From positions 26,944 to 90,943 of the forward strand of contig CBFFRP010000214.1 in the NCBI GenBank assembly GCA_965644295.1: DNA of 64,000 nucleotides, in the 5' to 3' direction. Source of the DNA: Paraphysomonas bandaiensis. Lineage: Eukaryota > Protista > Chrysophyceae. Made by a program: the position numbers and the translations under genes. Positions 21,281 through 34,121 of the stretch are shown here, piece after piece. The stretch's first letter is position 1. The number at the start of each line of letters is the position of its first letter. Under the pieces are notes generated by a model that was not told where the DNA came from, searched no databases, and worked only from the letters and a program-made list of their open reading frames with translations.

Positions 21281-23500
21281 CTACGAAGAGGTAAGATGTA
21301 CAACAAATTCATCTGCACATTGTCGAAATTTATAGTTCCTGTCACCTTTATATTCTTCCATGAGATCATACACTGCATTTATCGTATCTTCTTGTGATCG
21401 TATACTCTTCCAATTATTGGCAGCGTAATTATTACTTGTGTACTCTTGAAGAATGAACTGCTTCAATATCTCGGAGTATTTGATGTGTATGGCAACTTCA
21501 TACGTCAGAGTTGAACTTGGCATGCAAACCAAGTTCAGATATAACCTCAACAATATCCTCTACATAAGTATACGGTTCATCCATTCGGCCTGAAACACGA
21601 TAGTAGAACCCCGCAATTGATCCGATGGCCAGTACAAGCGTGGATTTTCCATGCGGCTTTCAAACACTAAACATACACCAAATTATATACTGAAATCGTC
21701 TATGCCGTAGAGTCCATGGATATTGGTAACGGTGTCATACGAACATGATAAAATACCCCTGAATCAAGTATTATGGCAGATAATTCGAAAACGTTCCTCG
21801 GTACGGTAGGAGGATACAGTGAACTAAGTCGACTACGTAATACTTCAACTGCAATGACATTTGTCTACGCTGCTGTATCCCACGTTTACGTCTGTCACGC
21901 AAAACGATACCGGCGAGTGCTTGTATCCACCTCCCAGTGCCGCAGCATATATCTAACACCTTGACGTAACCAAATGTGTCACTTGTTGCCTCATTCCACC
22001 AGCGAAAAGGCCGTGTAGCTGACGCTAGTTCTCGATAGTCACTCACTACGTTATCCATATCAGGTGATAAAATACCAAGATGTTTCCGCGGAAATACAGA
22101 ATTTTTACTAACAAAGTGCCCCTGTGAGGAAGAGAGAAAGCAGCAGAGAGAATGTTTTCTACAACTCCATGGTCAATAGTGCTGTACACTGTACCAGGGG
22201 AGAGAATTGCCATTCGTATCTAAAGCTCCCCAGAAAGACCACTGATAGATGTCATAAGTCATAGAAAAACCTTATCTCTGACATGGATTAAATATAGAAA
22301 CGAGGCATTAAGTGCGTCAAGTTTAGATCCACTCCGTTCTATGGCACACGTCTTCTAGTTAAACCCACACTGGGCAGGAGTCTAAACGTAAATATACTGA
22401 GAGTGGGTAGACGGACCACTAACGGTATAGATAGAACGACTAGATGCTTCTCTTTGAATATCATCTGCCGCCCATATAGCGAAGTCTAGTGCCTTCTGCA
22501 GTGAAACTCTGACAGAACCCACACAAGCAAGCGTAATGGAAACCACATCTTGAGGCCTCTATAATCTCGTGTCAGTTTCAGTCCCATATTCAATACATCA
22601 TCTGGTTAGGTAGATTCCTCAACAGGGTTATATATACAGGCACAGTCGGCGCTACGTGCTCTTTGCAAAGTACTTCTTTCGCGAATGAGTAGTGCACCTA
22701 CCCCGTAAGGCACGAACAGTAATAGAGTGCGTCAGATAAGCCATGTAATATTCGTTTACCTGAAGGTGATAGTGCAAAACGCCCCCATAGGCCGCATCCA
22801 CATGCATCCAAATGGCGTACGTGGCACACACTTCATGTATTGCTTCCAAATTATCCACAGAACCTGTGTCCGATGTTCCAGCAATTGCAGCTACAACCGC
22901 CGGAATGTACCCGTCAGATATATCTTAGAAATATACTCTTCCTGTACACTCGGGTCAATGCATAGGCCCTATGATCGTACATTTTTCGGATTCAGTACGA
23001 TGAACGCAAACCCTTTGGTGACGTAATAGTGAGTCTGTTCCGATACATACACAGTCATTCACGGTATATCTTCAAACTTTCCGCATGATTCTCTAGCAGA
23101 ATGAAGTGCTAGAGTGACAGAGTTCCGTCAGAAGTGAGAATACCACACAGTTTCATGACTCAGGATAACCCGCAATGTCTTGGCACATCTAATGCATTCT
23201 TATTCGATACTCGCTAACGAAGGCGCTGCAGAATGAATCGTCGCGTATCGATTACACGCGGCAGATATATATATGCCATCTGAAGGACTGTAAGCCACAT
23301 ACCCGGCAGGCTGGTCGTTCGTAGAGTGATGAATCACCTTGTCCCAAAGCACTTAAAAGTGAACTCAATGAAATTCCACTCTCATCAATTCGGAGAGGGA
23401 GCGTTTCTACTGGAGAGGTATCGGCACCGCACTCAGCAATGGCGATTTCCCTATAGGTGCTTCCGCTGTTCAGTGCACTCCGCTCCCTGCCAGAGGAGCC
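21281..23500 (-). pseudogene. Disrupted PLP-dependent group II (aromatic amino acid-type) decarboxylase followed by a class I SAM methyltransferase
   Basis: Fragments GILTSDG, TVYVSEQTHY, AIAGTSDTGSVDNL..I..VC....WMHVDAAYGG and downstream VLDICCGTGRW; many stops and frameshifts; boundaries approximate. Confidence 0.75.
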
Positions 23501-23921
23501 CTCTCTAGAACGGTATCTACCAGCTTAGCAGCCCCAGCAGATAGTCGCATCTTCCTTCTGGAAGGATGGAAAGCAAAAGACATGGACATGGATGTGTGGG
23601 AAGGATTCGATGAGAGTTGAAAGATTCGCTTGATGATGACGACGACACTTTGAATGTGCCCCTCTGGCTGTATACGGTATACAGTCGTAGTGGTGTACTC
23701 CGCGTATATGCAGTACGGATAGACCGGTATTTTGTTGAGCTGGAAACTCTAATTTCATCCCCTATATGGGATATAATATACAGGGAACACACCACTGGTT
23801 GTGTGCATGTGGTGGTGTGCGTGTATTTCTATAGTATATGCAGCTATATCGTGTATGCATTGACGTTGTCATTGTTGCATGTTATCCAGACAAGCGCGTA
23901 ACTCAATAGTAATTATTAAAT

Positions 23922-24152
23922 ATGATGATGCAAGGAATGAGAAGAGCTGCACGGATGGTGCATTCTAGAGGCTTCAAAAGCTTCGCAGAGAGGCAGAAGG
24001 AGTACAAGGTTGACCACCAATATGTATTTCTGCGCAAGCCCCAACAGGACGATATGATTTTCATCGGAAATGTAGTTTTCTCTGCATTGATATTCGGAAA
24101 TGTTGTATATGGCTATTACAACATGCTCAATGGAGTCAAGGTCGAGAATTAG
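23922..24152 (+). CDS. Small mitochondrial membrane protein, cytochrome c oxidase subunit VIIa (COX7)-like
   Basis: Arg-rich presequence, 'RQKEYK...VFLRK...D', single TM helix ending 'YGYYNMLNG'. Confidence 0.65.
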   Translation: MMMQGMRRAARMVHSRGFKSFAERQKEYKVDHQYVFLRKPQQDDMIFIGNVVFSALIFGNVVYGYYNMLNGVKVEN

Positions 24153-24725
24153 CTGATCGTCGAGTCCCACACCTGTTTTTGCCGACCGTTTCTTCGCCAA
24201 GAGTTTTAGGCTATCGTTCATGCTCGAAGAGTGTAATAATTAAAACAATATATACTGTGTGAACGACTGTTCTCGTATAGTTTGATATTGGAATTTCAGT
24301 TTGGCTTAGACACTTTGAGTACATTTATTCTAAAGGTTCCACAGCTAGTGTGTACTTTTTGTTACTCGCGCTTAAATTGCGTCGCACACGTAATATCTAC
24401 TGTCCTATTTTGTTTTTTAAAGAGAAATTTCTAGCTCCTACCGCTGTAGTATATGACTATAATTTATTCTAAGAAAGGTAAAAAAGAGTTGGACGGAATC
24501 GTCCCTACGAGCGCCATGCCTGCTATGCAGCTATGCAGTGACTTGACCTTGTACTTCATACTAACACCAGCTTTATAATTACCTATAGGTACTATTCTTA
24601 TTTTTTTTCAAAAATGTGTTGCGTAACCTGATTTGGGTTCGACAGAAAATCAACCTTCAATGGAATAAAAATTACTTTCACGGATTGCAATATTGACATT
24701 CCTTTTGATATTTATCTTAAGTATA

Positions 24726-24892
24726 TGATTGTATACTATATAGTGTTACTAAGTTGTTACTAAGTGTGAATAGAAGTAAGTGTTACTAAGTGTCGAAAGG
24801 TTATGTAAGTAAATATAATGTAATAATGATTGTATACTATATAGTGTTACTAAGTTGTTACTAAGTGTGAATAGAAGTAAGTGTTACTAAGT
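24726..24892. repeat. Tandem duplication (100-bp period) containing 6 x GTTACTAAGT
   Basis: 67-bp block at 24726-24792 repeated at 24826-24892. Confidence 0.85.
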
Positions 24893-25959
24893 TACATACA
24901 TTGACCTTATCATTATATTACATAATTTTAGAGAAGCACAATGATGAATCGATTTTCAGAGGCAGATTATCAAACACTTCAATATTAGGTTCTTCGTCTG
25001 ATAATATGCGACCTATCATCTAAAATAGGGTATTACACTTGCACTTTAAATATTTTGCTGGCGAATGTAAATGGAGCTACGGCACACGTTTCTATCAGGG
25101 TTTGGGTCACTCGTGCTTATCAGGATAGGGTCTTTTGTAATTTGTAGGCATGCCTCATAAATTTAGAATGGTGATGGCCTACGTATACATTATACATGCA
25201 CCAACTAAATCGGAATCTTAAGTCTAAAGATTAGTATAACAGAACAGGGTAGGAATATATTGATTCTGCTATTGCTTCCTATCAATATAAAAGCGAGTGA
25301 GTAACACTGGCAGGATATAAGCGTGTTCTTCATAAATGTGATGATATTATTATTATATTTATTGATGATGTAAATATTTAAAATGACGATTTCGCACCGT
25401 CACGGAAACATTTGTTCTTGTACCCATTATTAAAGATTTAAAATTTATTGTTTTGACTTAATTTAACACAGTTGCTACTCCCTTATGTAGATACAAGTGA
25501 TTTATATTAATCAGGGAACATCTATTGCCACTACCAGCAAGCTCTACAAATATGTTATATGCGCTACATAATAAATTTTCAAAATCATGAAAGTAATCTT
25601 CAATTTAACCTCCACTAGAGATAATGAGTATCGTTCTTTGTCAAAATTTTGAGACTACCCTTACGATTCAAATCCTCTATATATTATTATTAGATACCCA
25701 ATCATTTAGTGTAAAAGTGTCGGGTCAATACCGACGGAGAGTAACTACGACAAGTTGAGTTAGAATTAACTCTCTTGTGTAGAAATAAGAGGTGTCACTT
25801 GTGTAGGCGTATTTGGGCCCTGACATATAAACAGCAATCTGGGGTATTGGCCTGTCTGCTAAAGTCATAGGAATATCTGATTATTATATACATGAAAACG
25901 GTTGTGTACAGAAACTAGTTTTACATCTATAGACTAACTAATAACTGGGCTTGCTATAT

Positions 25960-26600
25960 ACGCTTAGTGGGGGGCAATCGTCTCGGGACTGCTTGTGCAT
26001 CGCTGCGAGCACCATGGTGCAACCGTCCCTTGTAGTAAGGTTAGTCGGGGGGTCTGCCGTTGGGCAATGTGTCAGGCGGGCCTGTGTCGTGGGTTTTACG
26101 GGGGATGGTTGGGGCTAGGTGTATATGAGAATGTAGGTCGGTGGTGGAGATGGTGCTGGTTGTCGAGGTGGGATTTCTGCCACAGGTAAGGAGGAGTTGT
26201 TTCCGGAGTGGTGGCGCTTGTCTCTGTCGGGTTCGGACTCTGGCAGAGGATAGAATTCTTGGGGTGGATATCGCATGGAATATTTCGAGTATTTTTGGTG
26301 TCGGGTATGTATCCTGTGACTGACGTTGCTGTGATTGTAGGGGGGTCGTAGTCGGTGTTACTGGTGCCGTGTCTATGTTGTGGAGTCTGTGAGTCCTCTG
26401 TTTCGAAGCATGCGGAGCCCTCCATCATATATAGGGGGGAAGGAGAATAGAGGTTACGGATTCTGCGAGGACGTGGAACTGATGTTCGGGCAGTGAGCTG
26501 GATATGTGGCGTCCGAATGCGTCGGCCAATTGTGTGGCAGTAATGTGGCCGGTCCAGTAGCGCTCAACCTGGGGAGTGTGTGGATTCCATGCGGCTTTTG
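25960..26600 (-). mobile_element. Decayed 3' end of the same non-LTR family, between SR1 fragments (25785-25866 and 26605-26712)
   Basis: rc encodes PQVERYWTGHITATQLADAFG; tail GGTTGCACCATGGTGCTCGCAGCGATGCACAAGCAG. Confidence 0.75.
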
Positions 26601-26995
26601 CTACTCTTGGTGCTTGTTGCGGTGACGACGCACAAGCAGCTTTTGTAACTTAAAACAGTAGGATATTATCAGAGTTATTAAGCACTGTGACTCTTAAATA
26701 TGCCTATAAACGTTCACTATTATTCACTCGTTTTGTGCTGCATTTAATGTGATCAGAGGTATTTATTTTTAATCATCATGTATGTGCATCTTATATTATA
26801 TTATATTATTATATTATAATATTATGCTGATACAATATATTGGGCTTTCGAAAAGTGGCTTTTGCGCAAATATAGTATATTATTACATTATACAAGGGAT
26901 GGTTGCACCAAGGTGCTTGCAGCAATGCACAAGCAGTCCCGAGAAAACTCAGTATTTAGCAACTTTGATACCACTAGTCTAAAGTTGTAGATAGC

Positions 26996-27330
26996 TAAAA
27001 ACAAAGTAGTTCTCTCATGTAATAATCAGATCTTTATATATATTATAATATTATACTGTTGTCTCTGTATATTATTTATGAAAAATGTTGTTGAAACAAT
27101 GTGCAAAATTACTACCTACTATATATATATCCCTAATGAACGATTGGTATTCATCGTCCCTCTAGAAACGGAAAAGCGATCAGCTCAGATATTCACTACG
27201 CCGAAGGGATCTGTTGTGATGCAATCATCAGATGATAGTGTGCGTGAGTTAGAGCATGAGATACCTACATATATAAAGATCTGATTATTACATGAGAGAA
27301 CTACTTTGTTTTTAAAATGAGATACCTACA
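26996..27330. repeat. 46-bp perfect inverted repeat; the right arm is flanked by a 14-bp direct repeat
   Basis: 26996-27041 versus 27269-27314; ATGAGATACCTACA at 27256-27269 and 27317-27330. Confidence 0.85.
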
Positions 27331-27468
27331 ATGCTTGAGCTATCAATACAATCTCTCAGTATTTGCAGAATAAAGATATACATAGTAAATGAAATAGTCT
27401 TAAGTTTTTAGAGACACACCTACAAATAATATTTTTAACAGCTAACGTTGATAATATTACTAGTTTAA

Positions 27469-27695
27469 GACAGTGGTAGTATGAGGGCAGATAACGTGGT
27501 TGCTGGTAAGCAAAAAGGCGCTTCTGTTACATCCTATGAGACTTAAAATTATAATAAAATTAATATTTTTTGTTGTCTCTAACCCTAATACCACAAATAG
27601 AATTGTTTCTTTAACATTTCTACTTAAATACTGTAAATACTCCTAAATTTCCCAACATATCGTAAAATTCCCACGTTTGCATAATGTTTACTTGA
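27469..27695. repeat. Unclassified dispersed repeat (about 225 bp); second copy at about 40581-40813
   Basis: GACAGTGGTAGTATGAGG(G/T)CAGATAACGTGGTTGCTGG...GCATAATGTTTACTT in both. Confidence 0.85.
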
Positions 27696-28260
27696 AGTTT
27701 AAAATTCCCCACATATTGGTCATTATTTATTTGCTGGTCACGGGAAATTGAAATCTCTTCCAAAATTAGAACATTGACAAAAGCCAGGTGTTTTGTATCG
27801 TATATATGTTCCTACGAATCAGAGTGTCAGTGACAGCGTGGTCGCGGAGAAATCGGCTTCTGCAGTGCTAGGTGTGACGCAACCACAACTTAATTTGCAC
27901 AGTTATCTCTGTAGCTTGTGGGTTAGTTAGTTGTGATGCAGACCAAGAACTCAATTTAAGTAACTGCTCAATAGAATAGACTCTAAGTAATTTTGTTAGT
28001 AGAAGGCTAGCACGAAATGTTCATTAGTATGAGTGTAAAGGGGTATGCCCTTGCATATTATAGCAGGTGTCCAGTTTTCCTCCGGTACTGACCAGTTAGT
28101 AGTGATCGTAATAACGTTGTTGCCAATAACGTTAGTTAGTAGTTGTTGCCAATTCACTCTATCTATGCTCTCTACAGTCAATTATTGTACCAAATGATAA
28201 TATATATGCTGTAACCAAGTCATTTTGCCTTCTCGCTGGTTGTAAATTAGAGTGGGCTAG

Positions 28261-28460
28261 AAGTCGAGGTAATACCAAAACCTAGTAAAGAAATTTCACC
28301 AGGTTTCATAATATCTAATTATTGAGTCATTATTTTACTGTATAATTTTTATCTGAGAGGTTAAAGTCGCTAGTATAAAGTCGAGGTAATACCGAAACCT
28401 GGTAAAGAAATTTCACCAGGTTTCATATATATCTAAGTATTGAGTTATTATTTTATACTG
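28261..28460. repeat. Two tandem copies of a short hairpin element AGTCGAGGTAATACC-AAACCTGGT..ACCAGGTTT
   Basis: Related copies at about 1940, 52075-52115, 56575-56600 and 56773-56826. Confidence 0.7.
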
Positions 28461-29077
28461 TAATTTGTAGAGCAAGTCATTGAAGCTAGCTCTCTGGTGC
28501 CTCCCATAAACACTCCACAGCATGTTCCCTTTTCGCTTGAAAGATGAGAAGAGTTGGAACATACACCACTCATGTTACACGCGTACTCATTCAACTGTGA
28601 TGAGTGCTCATTTCATCAATTTCTGTAGTCAAAAATATATTAATATATATATATATAGATTGACTGCAGTGATATACCACTAAAGGGTATACCGGTTTCG
28701 TTCCTGAGCATCCTCATCGGTCCCAAAGCCAATATCACACACATTCAGAACTGAATTATGGTTGCACAAAAGGGAACAGATGTCAAAAAACGTTTATATA
28801 CGTTCGAAGTGCATAAGGCATGATCAGTACATCTATGTAGTGAACGTGCATTTGTTGGGCCGATAGCACCTGCCATTCGGTATAATCAAGATCCACAACA
28901 TTAATAACATTAATTTCTGCATTACTACTATCATCAGCGTCTCCTTCTCAGCTCGTTCAAATTATGGTTTTCGGATCAGACTTTCATTTGGAAATGACAT
29001 ACAGTAACAAAATAGCAACTAACATGTAACGAAAAATATGTTTATTTAAATCGCAATATATACAATTAATGTAATCT

Positions 29078-29689
29078 CTATAATAATTTTCTGATTGCAT
29101 CGTCGATTTCAGATAGCGATTGCATGGCATCAGCTAGTTCTTGATCAGTTTGGACAATTTTTGTGCTAAGTACTTCGTCTATCCTCTTGCGCTTGGAGCA
29201 TCTCATAACACGACCGCCCGAATCTCCGATCGAAATTTTCACACTCTTCTTCAGATATGTGGGCGCCTTATGTAAAAACCTTGCTTTATGAATACGTATG
29301 GCGTCTTCTACGATGCGCCGGGGTATAGGGCTTATTTTTGGACAGATAGAAAAAATTCGAACATCACCGACTTCTGAATACTTATCAGTTTGAATAAAAT
29401 AATTCCCATCGCATTTGCATAGCGGACAAACAGCTTTTCTTCTGAACCAAATCATAACACATTCTTGACAGTAAGAGTGCCGGCAAGTCACAAGGGTAAC
29501 AGGGTTAACATGACTTGACAAGCAAATTGCGCACTTGAAGTCATCAACGGTACTGGGTATTGTGAGCTCATCGTTTTTCCCCAGCACGGCCATGTGATCT
29601 ACATCCACCTCTCTCAAGGGGTTAAGGTATTCGAAAAACATGCTGTGGGCAGTTCTCTCAAACCCCCTGGGGACTATAGATTTACTCAT
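29078..29689 (-). CDS. C3HC4 RING-finger protein (putative E3 ligase)
   Basis: CAIC-x11-CRHSYCQEC-x10-CPLC. Confidence 0.85.
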   Translation of the reverse strand: MSKSIVPRGFERTAHSMFFEYLNPLREVDVDHMAVLGKNDELTIPSTVDDFKCAICLSSHVNPVTLVTCRHSYCQECVMIWFRRKAVCPLCKCDGNYFIQTDKYSEVGDVRIFSICPKISPIPRRIVEDAIRIHKARFLHKAPTYLKKSVKISIGDSGGRVMRCSKRKRIDEVLSTKIVQTDQELADAMQSLSEIDDAIRKLL

Positions 29690-29780
29690 AGTCGTAGTGA
29701 GTATTGAGCCATACTATTTATGGGCTTCTCGTCAATGGCGAAGTACTGTGGCACATATATATACAGAATACATGTACAGA

Positions 29781-29999
29781 GTATACACCATATACCTCTA
29801 TACCCGTATACCTATACGCTGCTTTACCTCCAACACACAGCACTGCCTCAAACAAAGTAAATACATAGAATACACTGTATTACTGTTGTTTAGCTATATA
29901 TTGTATACAGCCGCGTATACAGGTATACAGTACCGTATAGCGCTGTAAAACCGTCGGTTGGTGGTCATATTTTGTCTGCAGAGGAGTGAGTGAGTATAC
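29781..29999. promoter_or_regulatory. GTATAC-rich putative bidirectional promoter (RING / roadblock)
   Basis: Six GTATAC palindromes in 220 bp; tandem GTATAC pairs recur upstream of other genes (4117, 23670, 43203, 43318). Confidence 0.45.
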
Positions 30000-30231
30000 G
30001 CACTGTATATATCGTGTACCTACCTATATGCTGCTTGCTCTCATCCTGGAGAGGGACTCACAGTTATCCGACATATACAACACAACGACCCTTCCTGCAT
30101 CCACACAGTTGTGATATATTGTCCCGTGTAGAAACTGAGTTTTATTCCTGTGAGCAACATCTAATTCTCGATTTGTCTATTCTTGTTTAAATTCAGTACC
30201 TGAACTTGGAAGCCGTGCCTAATTTGTTACT

Positions 30232-30748
30232 ATGGCAGTGAGTGCATATGACATTGTCAATGAAACATGCCTTACTTCTGTTTAGGCAACCGGAAACGAA
30301 GTTGATGATGCTATCAGGGATTTGAAGAGCATCCCTGGGTTTGCTGCTTACGCTATATTAAACAATGATGGTAAAATTCTGTTGAGTTATCTCCATTATA
30401 TTGAGGGTTACTTTCGTAGGGATTGTTATAAAATATGAAAATATGTCCTACAAGACTGCTGTACATCACGCCCACCAAGTTTTATCATTAAGCAGCAAAG
30501 CTTCTCGATATGTCAGAGATTTATTTGATGCGCCCGATGTAAGTTCAGCACAAAGTGACATTTGCTGACTTATTAACTTGATATAGAACGAGGTGGAGTC
30601 TATCAGACTAAGGACGGTAGATTATGAAATGATTATCGCTCAGGTCGGCAATTTCACTGTCATTGTCACTCAAAACCCGTCCAAGTCTGATTCCAAGCTC
30701 GTTGTTGAAGAGAAGAAAGAAGGAGAAGAGAAAAAAGAAGCTCCTTAA
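30232..30748 (+). CDS. DYNLRB: Dynein light chain roadblock/LC7; 4 exons (absent from the ORF track)
   Basis: Exons 30232-30237, 30286-30370, 30420-30538 and 30587-30748 (introns 48/49/48 nt) give EVDDAIRDLKSIPGFAAYAILNNDGIVIK...DNEVESIRLRTVDYEMIIAQ. Confidence 0.9.
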
Positions 30749-31513
30749 CCGTTTATGTGTCCCGTAATTTATTTGCTGTCATAAGCACTTCACATGTGTA
30801 ATAATAATGATGCGAATTAAATTAAACAGTCGAATAGCGTTGTTGAAACCTTATCATATATTGGGCTGGAATTGTGCAATTGAAGAGTGATACTGTAATA
30901 CTAGAATGTCTTGTCCTAGTTAATTGAGTGCGTATTTGTATATATATATAAATAAACAGACATTTACTATTACTACACTATTACACACACACCTTACATT
31001 TCACCGCCTCGAAAACCTCCGAACAAACTATGTCCTCTCCTTTTGTCTCCTCTAAGCCTCTCCTCACAATTATGCTAATCTCGTGCATAGATCTATCAGA
31101 GTACTCGACCTTGGTGGCCCTAGTTCTGTTGCGCAGTCCCGCACTCTTCAATCCGATATTGCCTCTCTAGTACCATTACACTTTCTCTCGACTCCCTATT
31201 GCTGAATATACGGGGTTACCCTCGTCTCGCACTGGTGTCCAGCTATCCCCTTTCTTCCGTATGTGTTCTCCGCTACTGGCTAAGGCAGCAAAAGAACCAA
31301 TTCTGAAGCTTCTCCACAGTAGATCAAAAACATTCTGCAAGACATTCATCCACATATACCTCCGAGTAACTTGGCACAACGCCTAAGGGAAGGCCACAAG
31401 ATCACCACACTCAGAACTCAGAAGGGTATATTGCTGCTTCCCCTGGTGCCTGCCGTGAGGCACATAAGGCAATCCCCGATGCAAATTGAACAAAATGTAT
31501 GTGCAGTCTTAAG

Positions 31514-32560
31514 CAGGGCCTGGTAACCATTAATGGTGGTTCAATTCCCCGCAATTATAATGGCATTAATGAAAAATGTCCCGGCAATTATAATGGCCAT
31601 TAATACCTACTAACTTAAAGTAGATAGCACCACTCATATAATAGATAGTGTTGTGCTCCCTTAATTACTAATTTTTAGTTAACTAGCAGACTACAAATTT
31701 TAACTACTTCTCGCTCTCTACTGCATCAGGATCTTCTTGCAGGGCTTCATGGAGGGTATAAACATCCCACAACATGTAATTGGCTCGTAGGAATAGCAAC
31801 GATTCTAGACGATATGGATTCATGTTTCTACGCTCAGGTGTCATAATCAACTTTGCACGACTAAAGCGCCTCTCAACATCATTAGATTGTGCTTCAATAT
31901 GAAGCAAGCAGCGGTAGTTGGACTCATAGGTACAAAGTCGAGCTCTCTTTTAGTGACCTCGGCGCTGTCCAGAACACGCTGTGCAAAATCAGTTCCTTCA
32001 CTCTCGTCCTCGTTATTTCTGTCGGGTACACCAACCTCCATGGATGAATCCAGTTGCAAATGTCTAACTGCTCTTCTCTCATGGCCTGTCAACTCCTTTC
32101 ATCGTTCCCTTGAATTTTAGCCACTGCCTTCTCAAAGGTATGGATGCAGCTCTGGAAATTCTGGCGGGCTTGGTACAAATGGGTTCCATCTCTTTGTAAG
32201 GCCAGCGTAACATACATTCTGTAATTTTTCAAGTTGCGTCAAATATTGTTTCAGCTTTCAAAAGTTAGCTGGAGTTAGAATCCGGAGTAAGGAGATACTT
32301 TCATTCTTATAAAAGACAATAAATCGCCAACGTGAAGTCTTTCATTTCCCAAAATTCTCTCGAGTTCCTCTCGCCAAGAAATATTTGGCGCCCTTCTTGG
32401 CTATATGATTCACACAAGTCGTGTAACCTCGCTGTATACTTTGTTTAACACAATCATTGCACAACAAACAAATATGATACAGAGCACTGAGAGGATTCTC
32501 TGAGTCCACTCGGAAGAAGACTCAGACTGTAAATTACACTTCCATCATCGTTGCTAATAT
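31514..32560 (-). mobile_element. Decayed hAT transposon (family C, TIR CAGGGCCTGGTAACC), one end only
   Basis: TIR at 31514; transposase C-terminal remnant SNDVERRFSRAKLIMT..RRNMNP.RLESLLFLRAN..LW. Confidence 0.85.
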
Positions 32561-32886
32561 AATATGCCCTATATACATACTTGCTCTGCTACCTTCTTTC
32601 AACTTTGGGGGAAAATAGTGTTTTTATGAATGTTTTTAGGTGAAATGTTCATATTTTCTTTGCACTAGTTGGTAAATGGTAGATGCGTATTAGCTTGACT
32701 AGTTTGTTCATCTAGCCACTAATGGGTTTCTGACTCTTGAACGCCTATATAGCTAAATAAACAGACATTTACTAAAACTGATGCATGTCAGGGCTAGGAA
32801 ACAATATATTGAATTGCACTACATTGTACAATATATTGATTGGTCGACAGGCCAAAACATCAATATTGTTTCTGTTAAAGTAGCTC

Positions 32887-33581
32887 TACCGCTTTTCGCT
32901 GCAGCAAAGCTAATGATCCTAAATCGAAGTCGACGATACATTACCCCACACAAAGTACCCCCAAGGCTACTCCCGCGACCGCGTCCAAAACATAGACACA
33001 AAATGGAAACGCCCAAGGGTGCTACGATTACTAGGAGTCCACAGACGACCCGAGACTGGAACACCGCCCACCACACCCACGAACCCCACCACTCATACAC
33101 ATAGGACCATAGCACCGAGCCGCATGACACCATCAGGCCCCAGACAGCGACGCCGTCTCCGGAAACTCCACTTATGCCTGACGCCCAAATGGTGCACGGC
33201 GACAACGCCACATTCCACCACACTATCCACCTCTCAGCATGCACATCTAGTGCACGGTACACTCAGGACCTTAATGCAGAACCCTGTTCCTCAGAGCCTG
33301 GTGGAACCTTATCCCAAGGGGAGACCCCCGGACAACACGCGCCAGTGAGTCCTAAGACACACGAGCAGGGCGAAACAGACAAACAACATTAAGAACGGAA
33401 GTGGTCGCACCTTGGTGCTTGCGGCGACGCACAAGCAGATTCTGTAGCGCTAAATAGTAGGATAATAGAATTTGTGCTGATTAGTTATGGCTAGAGGTCT
33501 AACCAGTGTGTCTAGCATTCAACTAGCCACTATATTGGTGCAGGTTTTTAACGCCTATTGCTAAATAATAAGACTTTCAAT
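32887..33581 (+). mobile_element. 5'-truncated non-LTR copy with a complete SR1-type 3' tail
   Basis: PLFAAAKLMILNRS..PRLLPRPRP aligns with the 57220-57320 region; tail at 33395-33581; flanked by a long direct repeat (32781-32886 and 33582-33660). Confidence 0.75.
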
Positions 33582-33589
33582 ATGCATGT

Positions 33590-33756
33590 CAGGGCAAGGA
33601 AACAATATATTGATTGGTCGACAGGCCAAAACATCAATATTGTTTCTGTTAAAGTAGCTCACAATATATTGCAATATGTTGTAATTGTATTGTGGAGCCT
33701 GTTTAAAATCTCCATCAATAGTATTGCAATATATTGTTTCCTATTTCCTAGCCCTG
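33590..33756. mobile_element. hAT MITE family B
   Basis: TIRs CAGGGC(A/T)AGGAAA...; TSD ATGCATGT/ATGCATAT. Confidence 0.85.
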
Positions 33757-34000
33757 ATGCATATATATATAAGGTATTTATGAATGTGGGTTTGACTGGT
33801 GAACATATTATGATAAACAGATGTAAAGAAAAGCAGAATATTATATGAAGTGAAATAATGTCCAATTCTAATATAAGATGCACCCACTCTAACAATATCA
33901 TTGCAATATATGCTTAATTATAAGTTATATTTAAAATAGTAATATAGACGACACAGTCGATTTCAATTCCTAGCTTGGAGTACCGATCCCTAAGCTTAAC

Positions 34001-34121
34001 CAGGGCCTGGTAACCATTAATGGCAGTCCAGTTCCCGGCAATTATAATGGCACTAATGAAAAATGTCCTAGCAATTATAATGGCCATTAATGCCATTACC
34101 ATTAACGGTTACCAGACCCTG
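34001..34121. mobile_element. hAT MITE family C (121 bp)
   Basis: CAGGGCCTGGTAACC...GGTTACCAGACCCTG; degenerate 8-bp TSD AGCTTAAC/AACTTAAA. Confidence 0.85.

Noticed and set aside
24726-24892. CRISPR-like array (also considered for 4189-4278 and 28261-28460)
   Set aside because: Units are tandem or duplicated without unique constant-length spacers; eukaryotic context with no cas genes.
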